Assembly: GCF_006345805.1 (NCBI RefSeq)
Contig: NC_043015.1
Span: 12,338,001-12,402,000, forward strand
Direction: 5' to 3'
Length of the DNA: 64,000 nucleotides
DNA from: Octopus sinensis
Lineage: Eukaryota
Shown in pieces: positions 24,340 to 36,731 of the stretch. The notes beneath the pieces are model-generated. The model ran no database searches, had not been told where the DNA came from, and worked only from the letters and a program-made list of their open reading frames with translations. Made by a program: the position numbers and the translations under genes. Within the stretch, counting starts at the first letter, position 1, and every line of letters begins with the position of its first letter.

Positions 24340-25973
24340 TCGCACCGAAGGCGATGTACGCGGGCGCATTGTCGTGATTAAACCACCACTCTCCACTTTT
24401 CTACAGGTCGGGGCATTTTCGTTTCACTGCGTCTTGCAAATGTTTCATAACGGCCAAGTAAAATGTTATGTTAACAACTTGACTAGGAGGAACAAATTCT
24501 GTGTTGACAATTCTTTTCGTATCGATGGAACAAATCAGCATCGTTTTGACATTGGACTTCCGTTGACACTGTAACGGTATTGTTAAGGTAGAGTCAGTGG
24601 TCACCAGTGTAACGGTTTGTATTGTGACATATGTCGGTGTTAGCAGTTACCAATTGTAAAGGGTTAGGTTGTTGCAGATGTTCAAGATGAACGAAGAACA
24701 GTGATCGAAGTTGTAAAGAAATATTTATTTACCGTTCCTTAATATAATGCCATGCCTCGACGGGTTGGTGTGATATAACCGAAAGAGCATGCGAGATTAA
24801 GAAAGTTAATTTCGGTCTGTATGTATGTACATCTTATTGCAGTAGTAAACCACAGATAGTGATAGAATAATGTTTTAAGAGAAAAGAAATTGAGTTAGTG
24901 AAAGTTATAAAGTCGAGGGAATACTTGGCTGATTGTAACCTTCTTTCTCCCTCTCACCGTGTGTCTTTAGTAGCTGCCTGCTAGTGGCCATGACTCTAGT
25001 CGTTTCGGTTCACTAACTGCTTTTGCCTTACCAAATTCTAATATTTATAACTATGCAAAAACAGCCAGAAGGATAGACATATTGTTGAGAACAATAGATT
25101 TCGTTGTGGATCTGTTAATTCAATTCTAGCTTTTGGTGAAATAGAAGAGGTTAGAAGGGTCAATCGGCAAAGACAAATCGGCTTAGCAAAGCCATATGCT
25201 AAATGTAACTTGCGTCAACCATTGTTTTCTCTGTGGGAAAAGTGTTGTTGAGCTGTTAAGTGAAATTTGGCGATCGACGATCGAATCCACACCATGCCTG
25301 CATGAAGTTCACTACAACACGCATTTTGGGGGTGTAATGACATCGAATGCTTCCATTGACTTGATTGCTGCTTCGTTTTCGGATCGTAGCCGTATCACCA
25401 CCTTTTGTCACCAATGATGACCTTCGAAAAAAAGGTCCGCATCAACTTCTAACTGTTCTTTCATTTCAACACACATTCAGTCCATGAACAAGCGAGACAC
25501 AAATTTTGCTGCAACTCTTTTTATATCAACAAGTTCATCAATTATTCGGTGACAATCCTCCAAGCACAGTTCATGATGTCTTCATTATGTTTTCATTTGT
25601 TCGGGAGGTCGACGATCACCCTGAACGAGATTGATCTTCAAGTGACAAGTGGCCATTCCTAAAGCGTGAAAACCACTCGTAAACTTGCGTTTTACTCATG
25701 GCAGCATCCTTGTAAGCTGTCTGAAGCATGACAACTGTTTTGTCTGCTGTTTTCCTCAGCAGAAAACAGAATTTCACAGAAGTACGCTGCTCATTTGTTT
25801 CAGCCATCGCAAAAATCGACGAACAGGGGAGAAGTACTGTAAAACAAAGACGCACCACGTGACAGTACGACGTGACACGATGACGCCTGATGGCGGCATA
25901 AAGTGGCTTCTAGCGGTGAGAGCCTGAGCTACAACGGTTACAACGTTTCCGGTTACTTTTGGGTACCCTCTAG
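24340..25973 (-). mobile_element. Mariner transposon remnant, split by a solo LTR
   Basis: N-terminal EQRTSVKFCFLL..TAYKDAAMSKTQVYEWFSRF..DQSRSG; C-terminal KSNVKTML..EFVPPSQVVN..FY and HDNAPA. TIR-like GAGGGTACCCAAAAGTAACCGG abuts TA at 25974-25975. Confidence 0.85.
24570..25316 (+). mobile_element. Solo LTR, 747 bp (TG...CA, 4-bp TSD ACAC; gypsy-like TSD length)
   Basis: Starts TGTAACGG, ends CACTACA; ACAC at 24566-24569 and 25317-25320; interrupts mariner coding sequence. Confidence 0.88.
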
Positions 25974-26663
25974 TATATATATATATATATATATATGTTG
26001 TGGTTAGAACCGCTTCATACAGACTCTCGTTTCCGGAATGAGATAGAAAATATTTCATCACTAAACACTTGCTGATAATCCACAAAGCTTAAGGAAAACT
26101 GACAATGGATTAGCATTGTTTCCACATCTGAGATGATGCTATTCCTACGCAGGCAATCGTTCGATGCTACGTCTAAAAACAAAGCCACCCAATTAATTGG
26201 AAAAGACGATATTCGCACAAAAATCCAGACATACATCAACAAACATTCTGGATCCACACGCAGCCTTTATTACAACCTCTTCTCGTACCACACAGTCAGG
26301 CTTGCGCCTATGCATAATTTTTACGCACACACACACACACATTTATACAAATGCACATACATACATGTATAAACAAGATGGCGCTGGCGTGTCAGGAAGT
26401 ACGAAGATAAGCCCCTGTAAAAACAATTTGAAAACCCCCAAATAGATCGAAGTAACTAAAAGTAAAGTGGTCTCTGGTTTTAATATATCATGTATTACGA
26501 CTCTGTTTATCTAATTCGATCCACCTATATGCAATTCAAGGGAAAATTTCACGACGTCAAAATATCAAATCCGACTCAAGACGTGATTTCCGCAAACACG
26601 ACTTGAAAATAAAAATAGAAAGACGTCAAATTCATTGACTGCACCTTTCTTTTTCTTTTCTTT

Positions 26664-26880
26664 TTACTTGTTTCAGTCATTTGACTGCGGCCATGCTGGA
26701 GCACCGCCTTTAGTCGAGCAAATCGACCCCGGGACTTATTCTTTGTAAGCCCAGTACTTATTCTATCGGTCTCTTTTTGCCGAACCGCTAAGTGACGGGG
26801 ACGTAAAAACACCAGCATCGGTTGTCAAGCAATGCTAGGGGGACAAACACAGACACACAAACACACACACATACATATAT
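26664..26880 (-). mobile_element. SINE family A, 3' half
   Basis: Near-identical to other family A copies. Confidence 0.75.
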
Positions 26881-27223
26881 ATATATATAAACAAACGGGG
26901 GGGTTGGTCTAAAGTCGTATGACAACCACCGTTATATTATATTTTGTTTAACCGTTACCGTTTTCAATTTCGTTTTCGTCTCTCGTATTTACATCCGTCT
27001 CGTGCGTTCACATTCCTGTCTTCTACCAAGAAATCTAATGCTTACAGCTTAGTTTTTTTTCTTGGGGCTGGCCGAGTTGGAGCAAATATCAGAATTGAAC
27101 AGCCGAAATTTGCTATGATGATTCGGTGTCTGACTGAAGATTGAAGGTTTCGAATGATTTGTCTGTGTTCCGTGTTTGTCCCTTCCTGTATTTCACGTTC
27201 TTTATATATAAAACATTTATTCT

Positions 27224-27291
<68 letters not shown>

Positions 27292-27385
27292 TGTGTGTCT
27301 GTGTCTGTGTGTGTATGTGTCTGTGTGTGTGTCTGTGTGGGTGTGTGTCTGTGTGTGTATGTGTCTCTGTGTGTGTCTGTGTGTG

Positions 27386-27426
<41 letters not shown>

Positions 27427-27479
27427 ATGTATGTATTTACATATATATGCGAAAACTGCGTAGTTACAGATGAAAAGTA

Positions 27480-28790
27480 AATTTACGTTTAGTCATTGTA
27501 AAAACTGCAAAGTAATGGGTTCACTGGATTAAGCTTTATTTCTGAAAAACAGTTACTTTGAATTTGCAGTAGAGAAAGGTCTATGGAGGTAAATGTTACG
27601 AAATGTGACCTGGGAGCAGGGGAAAGCAGTAGTCCGAAAAGAAAAGTCTGGAAGCACATCATATAAACCAATATAAAGGGAAATAACTCTTAACAATTCG
27701 TCACTGAATTCATTGATCGTCGCCAGGTAAAGGTTCTGTAAATTTAGAAATCTCTTATCCGAGGAGTGGACGGGTTAAAATTTGGATATATTTCAAGCTT
27801 TTCAAGGTTTATTCTTTTGTCATGGCATGGCTGGGTATTAACATGTTTGCCGTGTGGTATGTGTGGTATGAAGCTTGCTTCCCAAGCATGTGGTCTTTAG
27901 TTCAGTCCCGCTACGTGACACCTTGTGCTTCACTATTCTACTATAACCACGAGCCGACCAAAGCCTTCTTTGGAAAATGTCGTATATATCTATATCTATA
28001 TGTATATAACAATGTCTGTGTGCGTATCTTTGTGTTTGTGTTGTGTTTATCTTCCTCCACTGCCTGACAATCGTCCCCGGAATTGAGCAACTCAGCAAAA
28101 CAAAAAGCGATGGAATAAGCACCAGGCTTTAAGCATGATTACAGCGGTGGATCCATTCGTCTAAAAACCCTTCAAGGTAGTTCTCCAGCATGGTCGCAGT
28201 CCAATGCCTGAAGTAAGTCAAAATATAGAAAAAAACATAAAGATGAACAAATTGTAGTAATCTTTAAAAAAAGTCAGAAATTATCCCGTGCACTAAAACT
28301 CGTAATTTCATCAGACGTGTAATCAATGATGCTTTAAAAACCTCTTAAATTACGACTTTTAAAAAGAAAACAAAAACTGATTTCTACTTTTTTAGTTCGC
28401 ATCTTTTCCTACTTCTTTCTCTTAAACTTATTTGATTTTCACTTTTTTTTCGATTTTCGTTTTTTTTTTTTTTTTTTTCCAGATATATATTTTTCAGTGA
28501 CGGAATCAGTGATCCTCCCATTAACACAGCATCCAGAGTCTGGGGATGAAGCAAAGGAGTCACAGAATGGGAATCCCAAATAAGGCACCAACCTCTTATC
28601 CAGGGTCAAACGGTAAGACCATCTGGTCTCTTCCCATCACTTCTGGATATTCTCGCCGACACCAGAACTGAGGAGATATTGATCCAATCCAGAGCCCACT
28701 TGATGATTAGGTTTAGCTCGGTGAGACAAACGAAATGACTGGCATTTAGGCAGCAAGACAAACCACGAAGGCCTGTGAGATCGCTGAGCC
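27480..28790 (+). repeat. Segmental duplication (partner ~44640-46390)
   Basis: Collinear shared blocks: CAAAGTAATGG.TTCACT.GATTAAG, CAATATAAAGGGAAATAACTC, TATCCGAGGAGTGGACGGGTTAAA, a degenerate SINE A, then a CRE fragment. Confidence 0.8.
28470..28790 (-). mobile_element. CRE-clade (restriction-like endonuclease) LINE fragment
   Basis: Minus strand reads DGKRPDGLTV*PWIRGWCLIWDS. The homologue at 46100-46385 reads DGKRPYDLTLCPWVRGRCF..TVCDSFAHSH..AEE. Confidence 0.65.
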
Positions 28791-28929
28791 AACCACAGAG
28801 ACATCTCAGTTCCCCACGGATGTCGGGTCCCATTCTGTGGAACTCATCCAGGCTCAGTAGACCAACAACGTTGACCACAAGCAGGACATCAATTCAGTCC
28901 CCCTGAGAATTTCGTCCTTGCATCCTTAA

Positions 28930-29160
28930 GTATCCGGACTCGTCAGCAAACCATTTCTTCCAGTCTGAGGCGTTTGAGACGCCTGGAGGGGCTAACAACG
29001 AAGTTCTTGTCATCGTTGGCGGCTCGTATTAACGAGGTGCAAGGAGATGCCTGTGAGGGTGCTTGGCTGTTCCAGCACCTTAGCCTCACCATCGCCCGTG
29101 GTAATGCCGCCAGTGTGTTGACGTGTTTCGGTGGGTTCCGTTGAAACTTATGGTGTAGGA
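28930..29160 (+). mobile_element. CRE-clade LINE C-terminal fragment
   Basis: Plus strand reads KFLSSLAARINEVQGDACEGAWLFQHLSLTIARGNAASVL, the typical CRE ORF terminus. Confidence 0.65.
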
Positions 29161-29540
29161 CCAATTAAAGCTCCTTAGTGTTAAACCGATGACTTTTTAT
29201 CTTTCTTTCTCCTTTCCTTCTTTTTTTGCCCTTTTTTTCTTTCTTGGTACATGTTTGTGTTTTCGCTTTGGGATTTCTATTTAAATATAACTTTGTGTTA
29301 TATATGTATCATATTCGTGTGCACCATATTCCTATATGTTCTATATGTAATAAGTAAATCACTTAAATTTTCAATCAAACAAACAACTTTTTCAAAAACT
29401 ATATATTTTTCAGTCTGCATACGAACATGTCAATATTAAATCTTACGAAATTTTTCCGTCGTAGTCTTCAATGTTTGTAAAAAGATGCAACTGTGGAAAA
29501 TAAATAAACGTTGAATAAAATAAATAAATAAATAAATAAA

Positions 29541-29575
<35 letters not shown>

Positions 29576-29662
29576 TCGTGGAAGGAGTCCAAACAATGCA
29601 AATTATTGAAATTTTGAATATTTACAAGTTTCGAGAAACGATTCTCTCCTCTTGAGAAGCTA

Positions 29663-29800
<138 letters not shown>

Positions 29801-30032
29801 ATCACATCATATGCAGCTCCAAGTGTGCCTACCAGGATCGAAATATGATGATTATCAGAATGAAAGTGAGCAAAACAAATTTTTAAATATTGTTTATATA
29901 TCTATGCACTTATTAACACATATAAACTTTTTTCTTTACTTGTTTATATATAGATGTATATGTATATATATATATATTAGCAAGCTATTTCTAGCATACG
30001 GCCGACTACCTAGTGGTCTTGCCCTTTGAATG

Positions 30033-30074
<42 letters not shown>

Positions 30075-30075
30075 A

Positions 30076-30146
<71 letters not shown>

Positions 30147-30151
30147 ATATA

Positions 30152-30315
30152 TATTAGAAGAAATGAGGTACTCAGAAATTCGGATGGTTTTATATTTACA
30201 GATATTTATTTGTATATTACATGTTTTTATACATCATATAACTTATATCATATACAAATAAATATCTGTAAATATAAAACCATCCGAATTTCTGAGTACC
30301 TCATTTCTTCTAATA
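30152..30315. repeat. Perfect palindrome (66-bp arms, 32-nt spacer) in (TA)n
   Basis: TATTAGAAGAAATGAGGTACTCAG...TTTGTATAT is mirrored at 30250-30315. Confidence 0.9.
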
Positions 30316-30341
30316 TAAATACCTGTACATCATCTCCAAAC

Positions 30342-30423
<82 letters not shown>

Positions 30424-30478
30424 GCATACACACATACACACACACACACACATATATATATATATTATATATATATAT

Positions 30479-30522
<44 letters not shown>

Positions 30523-30779
30523 ATATATATATATATCATATCGTATCATATATCATGTCATAATAATAATTTATTCAAAAGTGTTCTCGCTTCCCTTCTG
30601 GGAAGTATGCAAATAAGCAAGCATAATTAGTTCTTCAACACTGTAGATCCACAAAAAAGAAAAAGGCAATTATCGATTACATTGACATCAAGAGAGAGAG
30701 GATAAAACACAGTCTGTTGATGAGTTGAACTCGAACTTCTAATTGGATTTCCGGTTATTCTTTAGAAGACATGCAAGAA

Positions 30780-31100
30780 AGCTTCCCAAAATGTTGAAAA
30801 AAAGGTATAATATGCCCTGTCCTTACAGTAAAAAGCAGAGCAGATGCTAAAAATTGCAAGCCTATTTCTCTGAACATACATAGTCACAAAGTCATAGGGC
30901 ACCTTATCATAAGAGGCTGATTATGTTCCTTAAAAGAAGTATCTTCTTCACCACCACACAAATTATCTTCAGTCCAGGGTGGAACTGCGTCACACATCTA
31001 CTACGACATTTTGTCTGGGTACTGAAAAAAGCCGCTCAAACATTAAAATATGGATATCTCCACTTTGTCAAGGCCTTCGACGAAGTTGGTCATGGGAGTA
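30780..31100 (+). mobile_element. Degenerate LINE RT N-terminal fragment (CR1/L2-like)
   Basis: KPISL...LIMFL..Q..FSPG.NC.THL...YLHFVKAFDEVGH resembles RT domains 1-3. Confidence 0.55.
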
Positions 31101-31214
31101 TGTTTTCTGTGTCTATGTGTGCGCGCGCGCGTGTGTGTGTGTGTGTGTGTGTGTGTGTTTATCTGGTTATATATATATATTATATATATATATATATATA
31201 TAATATATATATCC

Positions 31215-33256
31215 GCGAGAAAAAAGCAACAAGAATGGATAGGTTTTTAGTACGATCGTTTCATACAAGGACAGGTTTTATTAAAAGTTGCAAAGATTAC
31301 AGCATATAAACGAGTCCCGTACTCAATCAGCTAAATAACATGTAAGTTCCCTAGACATCCTAGTGTTTGAGGCTATACTCATGAAGTAATGTAGATAATT
31401 AAACAGATTTCTAAAGTTCATTAAAGTTCTTTAAAGATGTACAGTCTTATCACAGAATTTTAAAAAGTTTTGATAGCATCACAGAGAAGGTGACCTAATC
31501 TATATGAATTTCCATAGATATGATGAGGATTATATACTCACAGAAGACAATTTATCCATTGTTAATTACAACGAGGTGGGTCTCAATTCCTGCTTATTAG
31601 CATTACAGAGAGGGTGAATTAATCCTTTGTATATATGCACAGATTCCAATGGTGTAGATGTAAATTTCCAGAGAAATGGAAATGAATTTCATATCACAGG
31701 CGATAAATTTTACAATGGTTGAACACAATGAGGTAGGTATCAATCCTTGTTATATGATTAGGTGTTTGCCACATTAATCAAATTACTGCTATTCACAAGA
31801 GGCTGTAGCTATTTTAACTCTTAAAGGCTGAAGGGCTTACTAGATCGGGCCAAGAATAGAGAAGGGAATAAAAGAAAGAGAGAAAAATAATGGAGGAGGG
31901 AGCAAAAAGGGGGGGGAGAGGGGGACTAAAAGAGAAGAAAAGGAACATCAGAATAAGAAGAAGAAAAAGAAAAAAGAGAAAAGAGAGAGAAATAGGGAAA
32001 GAAGGGAAAAAGAAGAAAAAGAAAAAAAGAGGGTTCTAGCTATACAGGAGAGTTATAGACTGTAAGTCTGGTTTTTAATCAACAGGCATCTAGGAACTAG
32101 AGGAGAATATTATTCTTTGACCAGTAAACCGTTAACCGTTAATATTGCTGTTGAAATCAGCTATGAGTTTAAAGAGAATCTAAAGAGATAACACAGTCAG
32201 GGTTAAGGGGTTAGATTTTCCTAATGTATTTTCTGGTGATTTTAGCATCTGACCCTTAACCCCTGACTGTGGTTATCTCTTTAGATTCTTCTTTAAACTC
32301 ATAGCTGATTTCAACAGCAAATAAATAACGGTTTACTGGTCAAAGAATAATATTCCCTCTAGTTCCTAGATGCCTGTTGATTAAAACCAGACTTACAGTC
32401 TACTAACTCTCCTGTATAGCTAGAACCCTCTTTTTTTTCTTTTTCTTCTTTTTCCCTTCTTTCCCTATTTCTTTCTCTTTTCTCTTTTTTCTTTTTCTTC
32501 TTCTTATTCTCTGTTTCCTTTTCTCTTCTCTTTTAGTCCCCCTCTCCCCCCACCCCTTTTTGCTCCCTCCTCCATTATTTTCTCTCTTTTCTTTTATTCC
32601 CTTCTCTATTCTTGGCCGATCTAGTAAGCCCTTCAGCCTTTAAGAGTTAAATAGCTACAGCCTCTTGTGAATAGCAGTAATTTGATTAATGTGGCAAACA
32701 CCTAATCATATAACAAGGATTGATACCTACCTCATTGTGTTTCAACCATTGTAAAATTTATCGCCTGTGAATATGAAATTCATTTCCATTTCTCTGGAAA
32801 TTTACATCTACACCATTGGAATCTGTGCATATATACAAAGGATTAATTCACCCTCTCTGTAATGCTAATAAGCAGGAATTGAGACCCACCTCGTTGTAAT
32901 TAACAATGGATAAATTTGTCTTCTGTGAGTATATAATCCCTCATCATATCATATGGAAATTCATATAGATTAGGTCACCTTCTCTGTGATGCTATCAAAA
33001 CTTTTTTAAAATTCTGTGATAAGACTGTACATCATCTTTAAAGAACTTTAATGAACTTTAGAAATCTGTTTAATTATCTACATTACTTCATGAGTATAGC
33101 CTCAAACACTAGGATGTCTAGGGAACTTACATGTATTTTAGCTGATGAGTACGGGACTCGTTTATATGCTGTAATCTTTGCAACTTTTAATAAAACCTGT
33201 CCTTGTATGAAACGATCGTACTAAAAACCTATCCATTCTTGTTGCTTTTTTCTCGC
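31215..33256. repeat. 2-kb inverted repeat (~1-kb arms, ~30-nt spacer 32217-32246) ending in hammerhead motifs
   Basis: The arms are reverse complements along their length, differing mainly by 1-nt indels. Confidence 0.9.
33136..33226 (+). ncRNA. Type I hammerhead ribozyme motif with palindromic minimal stem III
   Basis: Stem I TTTTAG/CTAAAA, CTGATGA (33142-33148), stem II GTAC.GGAC/GTCC..GTAT with a long loop, GAAA (33209-33212), ACGATCGT, triplet GUA. The mirror copy at 31245-31335 (-) has core CTGATTGA. Confidence 0.72.
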
Positions 33257-33439
33257 TTATAATCACCCCACATTACTGTATTGTTAAATCAGTATAGTTT
33301 TTTTTTGGTGCATCTAAGTTAGGTACCATATTCAAGTAAATTTTTAAAATTAACTTGAATCTTTATTGCTCTTTGAAATTATATATATATATATATATAA
33401 ACTTAAACTTAGATAAACTTAGATGTGTTTCGACCAATG

Positions 33440-33765
33440 ATTGGTCCAGGCCATGTCTAACTTAATAGCACCACCTGATAGGATTATTTGAATCCTGTTT
33501 AAGTCAAGGTCCATTCAAGTAGTGAGTTTTTGTTGGGTGAGTTGTATCCAATTATGGGTGGCTTATCTGGTATTCTTTGAAGGAATCTATCAAGACTCCG
33601 TTTAAAGTTGATGGGATCCTGTTCCTCTTTGATCTCTTTCGGGACAATGTTAAATAAGGCAGGGCCTGTTGAGGAAAAAAAATTATGTTGTAGTGTATAT
33701 GTATGCTGTGATCTTGAATTGGGCAGGGGGACGTATGGCCTGTGGTCCCAGTCTTGGATGAACCT
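33440..33765 (-). mobile_element. CR1/L2-group LINE 3' fragment
   Basis: Minus strand reads HPRLG..TLQHNFFSSTGPALFNIVPKEIKEEQDPINFKRSLDRFLQRIPDKPP. Related fragments at ~50520-50995 (-) and ~51882-52295 (+). Confidence 0.7.
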
Positions 33766-33832
33766 TGAAGCTTATATATATATATATATATTATATATAT
33801 TATATATATATATCTATAATATATCTATTTAA

Positions 33833-33869
<37 letters not shown>

Positions 33870-33946
33870 GTATATGTTAATATATATATGTATATGAATA
33901 TATAATATATATGTAATGATATATATATATGTATATAGTATGTATA

Positions 33947-33984
<38 letters not shown>

Positions 33985-34026
33985 GTATATATGTGTGTGT
34001 ATATAATATATATATATATATATATA

Positions 34027-34075
<49 letters not shown>

Positions 34076-34479
34076 TATATACATCAGTTCTACCGATGAG
34101 CATAGACGCAATTTTTTATGCGGTAAGTGCGAAATCACAGGTAATATAGGACTAAATTCATTTTTAAATGTCTTGTTTTAAATGTCTTGCTTTGAAAAAC
34201 TGCATTGGGTATGATTAGTGAAATTTTTGGTAGTAATGACTTATGTCCCTCTTAGTGTGAGGCATTTATGTGTAATAATGCCCTCTATATAATATAAATT
34301 AATATGTTCCAAACAAAAAAATTATTTTCGAATTTTTTCTCTTATGAGGTTTTTCACGCTAACTACCTGATAATTTCTTGTTAAGATTCCTTACTAAGAA
34401 GTTATCCTTAATTGTTAAATTTATATATATATATATATATATGTACACACACATGCATACATATGTGTGTATGTATATT

Positions 34480-34519
<40 letters not shown>

Positions 34520-35792
34520 TATATATATATATATTCCTATACGCGATCCGAACAAAAGCCCCCTCGGACAAAAGCCCTTCAGTTTTGTTTTGTTTTTTAC
34601 TTATTGCAGTTATAAGACTACGGCCGGCCATGCTAAGGCACCACCTTGAATAATTTTTAGATGGCTGTTTAGAACCCGGAATTTCTTTTTTTTAAGCTTC
34701 CTCAAAACCACTTCTGTGATATAATTTATTTTTGTTTTCTTTTTATTTGTTGTAGTCATCGGAATGCAGCCATGCTGGGGCACGACCTCGAGGAATTTTT
34801 AGTTGATTGTATCGACCCCAGAATTTTTTTAGATGATTTACAACCAGCGCATGAAGTTAAGCTTAAAAGGCCTCTCGATATGCTAGAAATAACAGCCAAA
34901 TCTCTTGAATTCTTTTTATAACCTACCTCGATTATATTTTTTGATTATTCTTCATTTTTTTTTATTTTCTAAAAATCTTTTTACTTGTTTCAATCACTGA
35001 ACTGCGGCCATGCTAGGGCAACATCTTGAAGAATTTTTAGTCGAATGTATCTACCCCAGAATCATTGGTTTGGATCAAGCTTTAAAAAAAATTGGGTTCC
35101 ATACAGCCATTTAAAAATTCTTCAAGGTGGTCACTACCATGGCCGGCCGCAGTCTAATAACTGCAACAAGTTAAAAAAGAAAAAAAAAATTCTGGGATCG
35201 ATACATTCAACTAAAAATTCTAAATAGCTAAAAATAATCAAAAATATAACCGTGGGGCTTTTGCCCACTTTCACACTTTAACTATGCTGCTTTTCCATAT
35301 CTGATATGTGTTTTAAAGTTACTTAAAACAGTGTCACTGAATTTTCTTTCTATCTTTTAATTGGTCAAATAGTTGGCTCGTTTAGGCCAAAGTATTATGC
35401 AGTTTCTCTTGAACTTTTTCCATTTTGAAGTTCATTCAATGTATTAATATTTTATTCTCACAGAAATCAACTCTCTTGATACTTGAGGCTCTTGTTAAAC
35501 TTCGTAAGGACAGGGTATCCATCAATTATCTTTACTATTTGAAAAATTCAGGGTGGAAAAAATGGATAACGCAAGCAAATTTTGTTTTATTAGAAACATC
35601 AGAACACTTTCATGTGGGCTCCATTGGCTGCACACAATCTTTTGTGTGTGTGTGTGTGTTGTGCGTGTGTGCTTTAATTTCTCAAATTGTAAAGATAATT
35701 TATGGGCATTCTGGATTCTATATATTGAAGAACAAAATTTTTGACTGAAGGATGGGAGACAACTTTTCAAAATTACTTGCAGTTTTATGAGT

Positions 35793-35868
35793 GGAATTCC
35801 CCTCTTGCGTGTTCTTTTACAAATGGAATTCCCCTCTCGTGCTTTCAATTTTACAAATGGAATTCCCC
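35793..35868 (-). promoter_or_regulatory. Three tandem GGGGAATTCC (kappaB-consensus) motifs in 32-34 bp repeats
   Basis: GGAATTCCCC at 35793-35802, 35825-35834 and 35859-35868; the reverse complement fits GGGRNWYYCC. Homologous triplets at 17943-18016 and 40381-40456. Function unproven. Confidence 0.35.
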
Positions 35869-36249
35869 TTTCGTGCTTTCAGTTTAACAACTTTATAAAC
35901 TAAATAGCGCCAAAATCTATTAACAGTATAAAATAATCTGTGGAAGCGCGTGTCTCCGTGGCTTGTCTTTGAGGCGAAATTCTGGTTTAAGCACCTCATA
36001 TAATTCTTCATACCTTTTATTATTATTATTTTGGGGAATTTACAGAAACATTTTCCGAATTGTGCTCAACGCACGGAAATTCATACGATTATGCAAAAAC
36101 CGAAACCGAAAATTTTTTTATGTTTCATTTGAAGGCTATTTAAATTTTATTTTTGGTACACCTCGCGACTACCTGATACCTTCGTAGTTTCTCTGTTAGT
36201 CTGAAGTATTGATGATTTTTCAATATCTTTCTCCCTATAAACAAATTCC

Positions 36250-36731
36250 CGTGATGGTCATAATTGGAACGCTTTCAAAAAGTTGGATGATCACATTTGG
36301 AAAATTTTCAAATAAGGAATGGTCATAATTTTAAACGAGAGGATGGTTTTGGTTGGAATGCCTTTAAAGAAAGAGCGACAGTTTTATATATCCGCGCATT
36401 TTTGCGTACTGAATGAATAGATCGGAGTTATTTTCCATTTCGAGAATTTTCAGAAAATTAGAAACACGTGACACTATAAGAATATATGAACAGTCACCTC
36501 CCTTGGATTGAGAAATACCTAGATACACTGAGTTGTTATCGTATTTTTATTAATACCCCTTCGGATTATTTGTTAACGATACAGACCCTAGCCACTTTCC
36601 AAGGATTTTCGAATTTACCCCATAAACAAATAAGTGGCAATTTTTCCAAGTGATTTCGTAATACGAAAGTATTGTTTTACTCTTTAATATATCAAGCCGG
36701 AACTAGTTTCAAGTAATCTCACTGCTGTTAA
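36250..36731 (+). promoter_or_regulatory. Conserved 5' flank of caspase copy 3; HSE-type motif 36438-36452, E-box CACGTG 36465-36470
   Basis: Homologous to the flanks of copies 2 and 4; identical 15-mer TTTCGAGAATTTTCA to copy 2. Confidence 0.55.
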
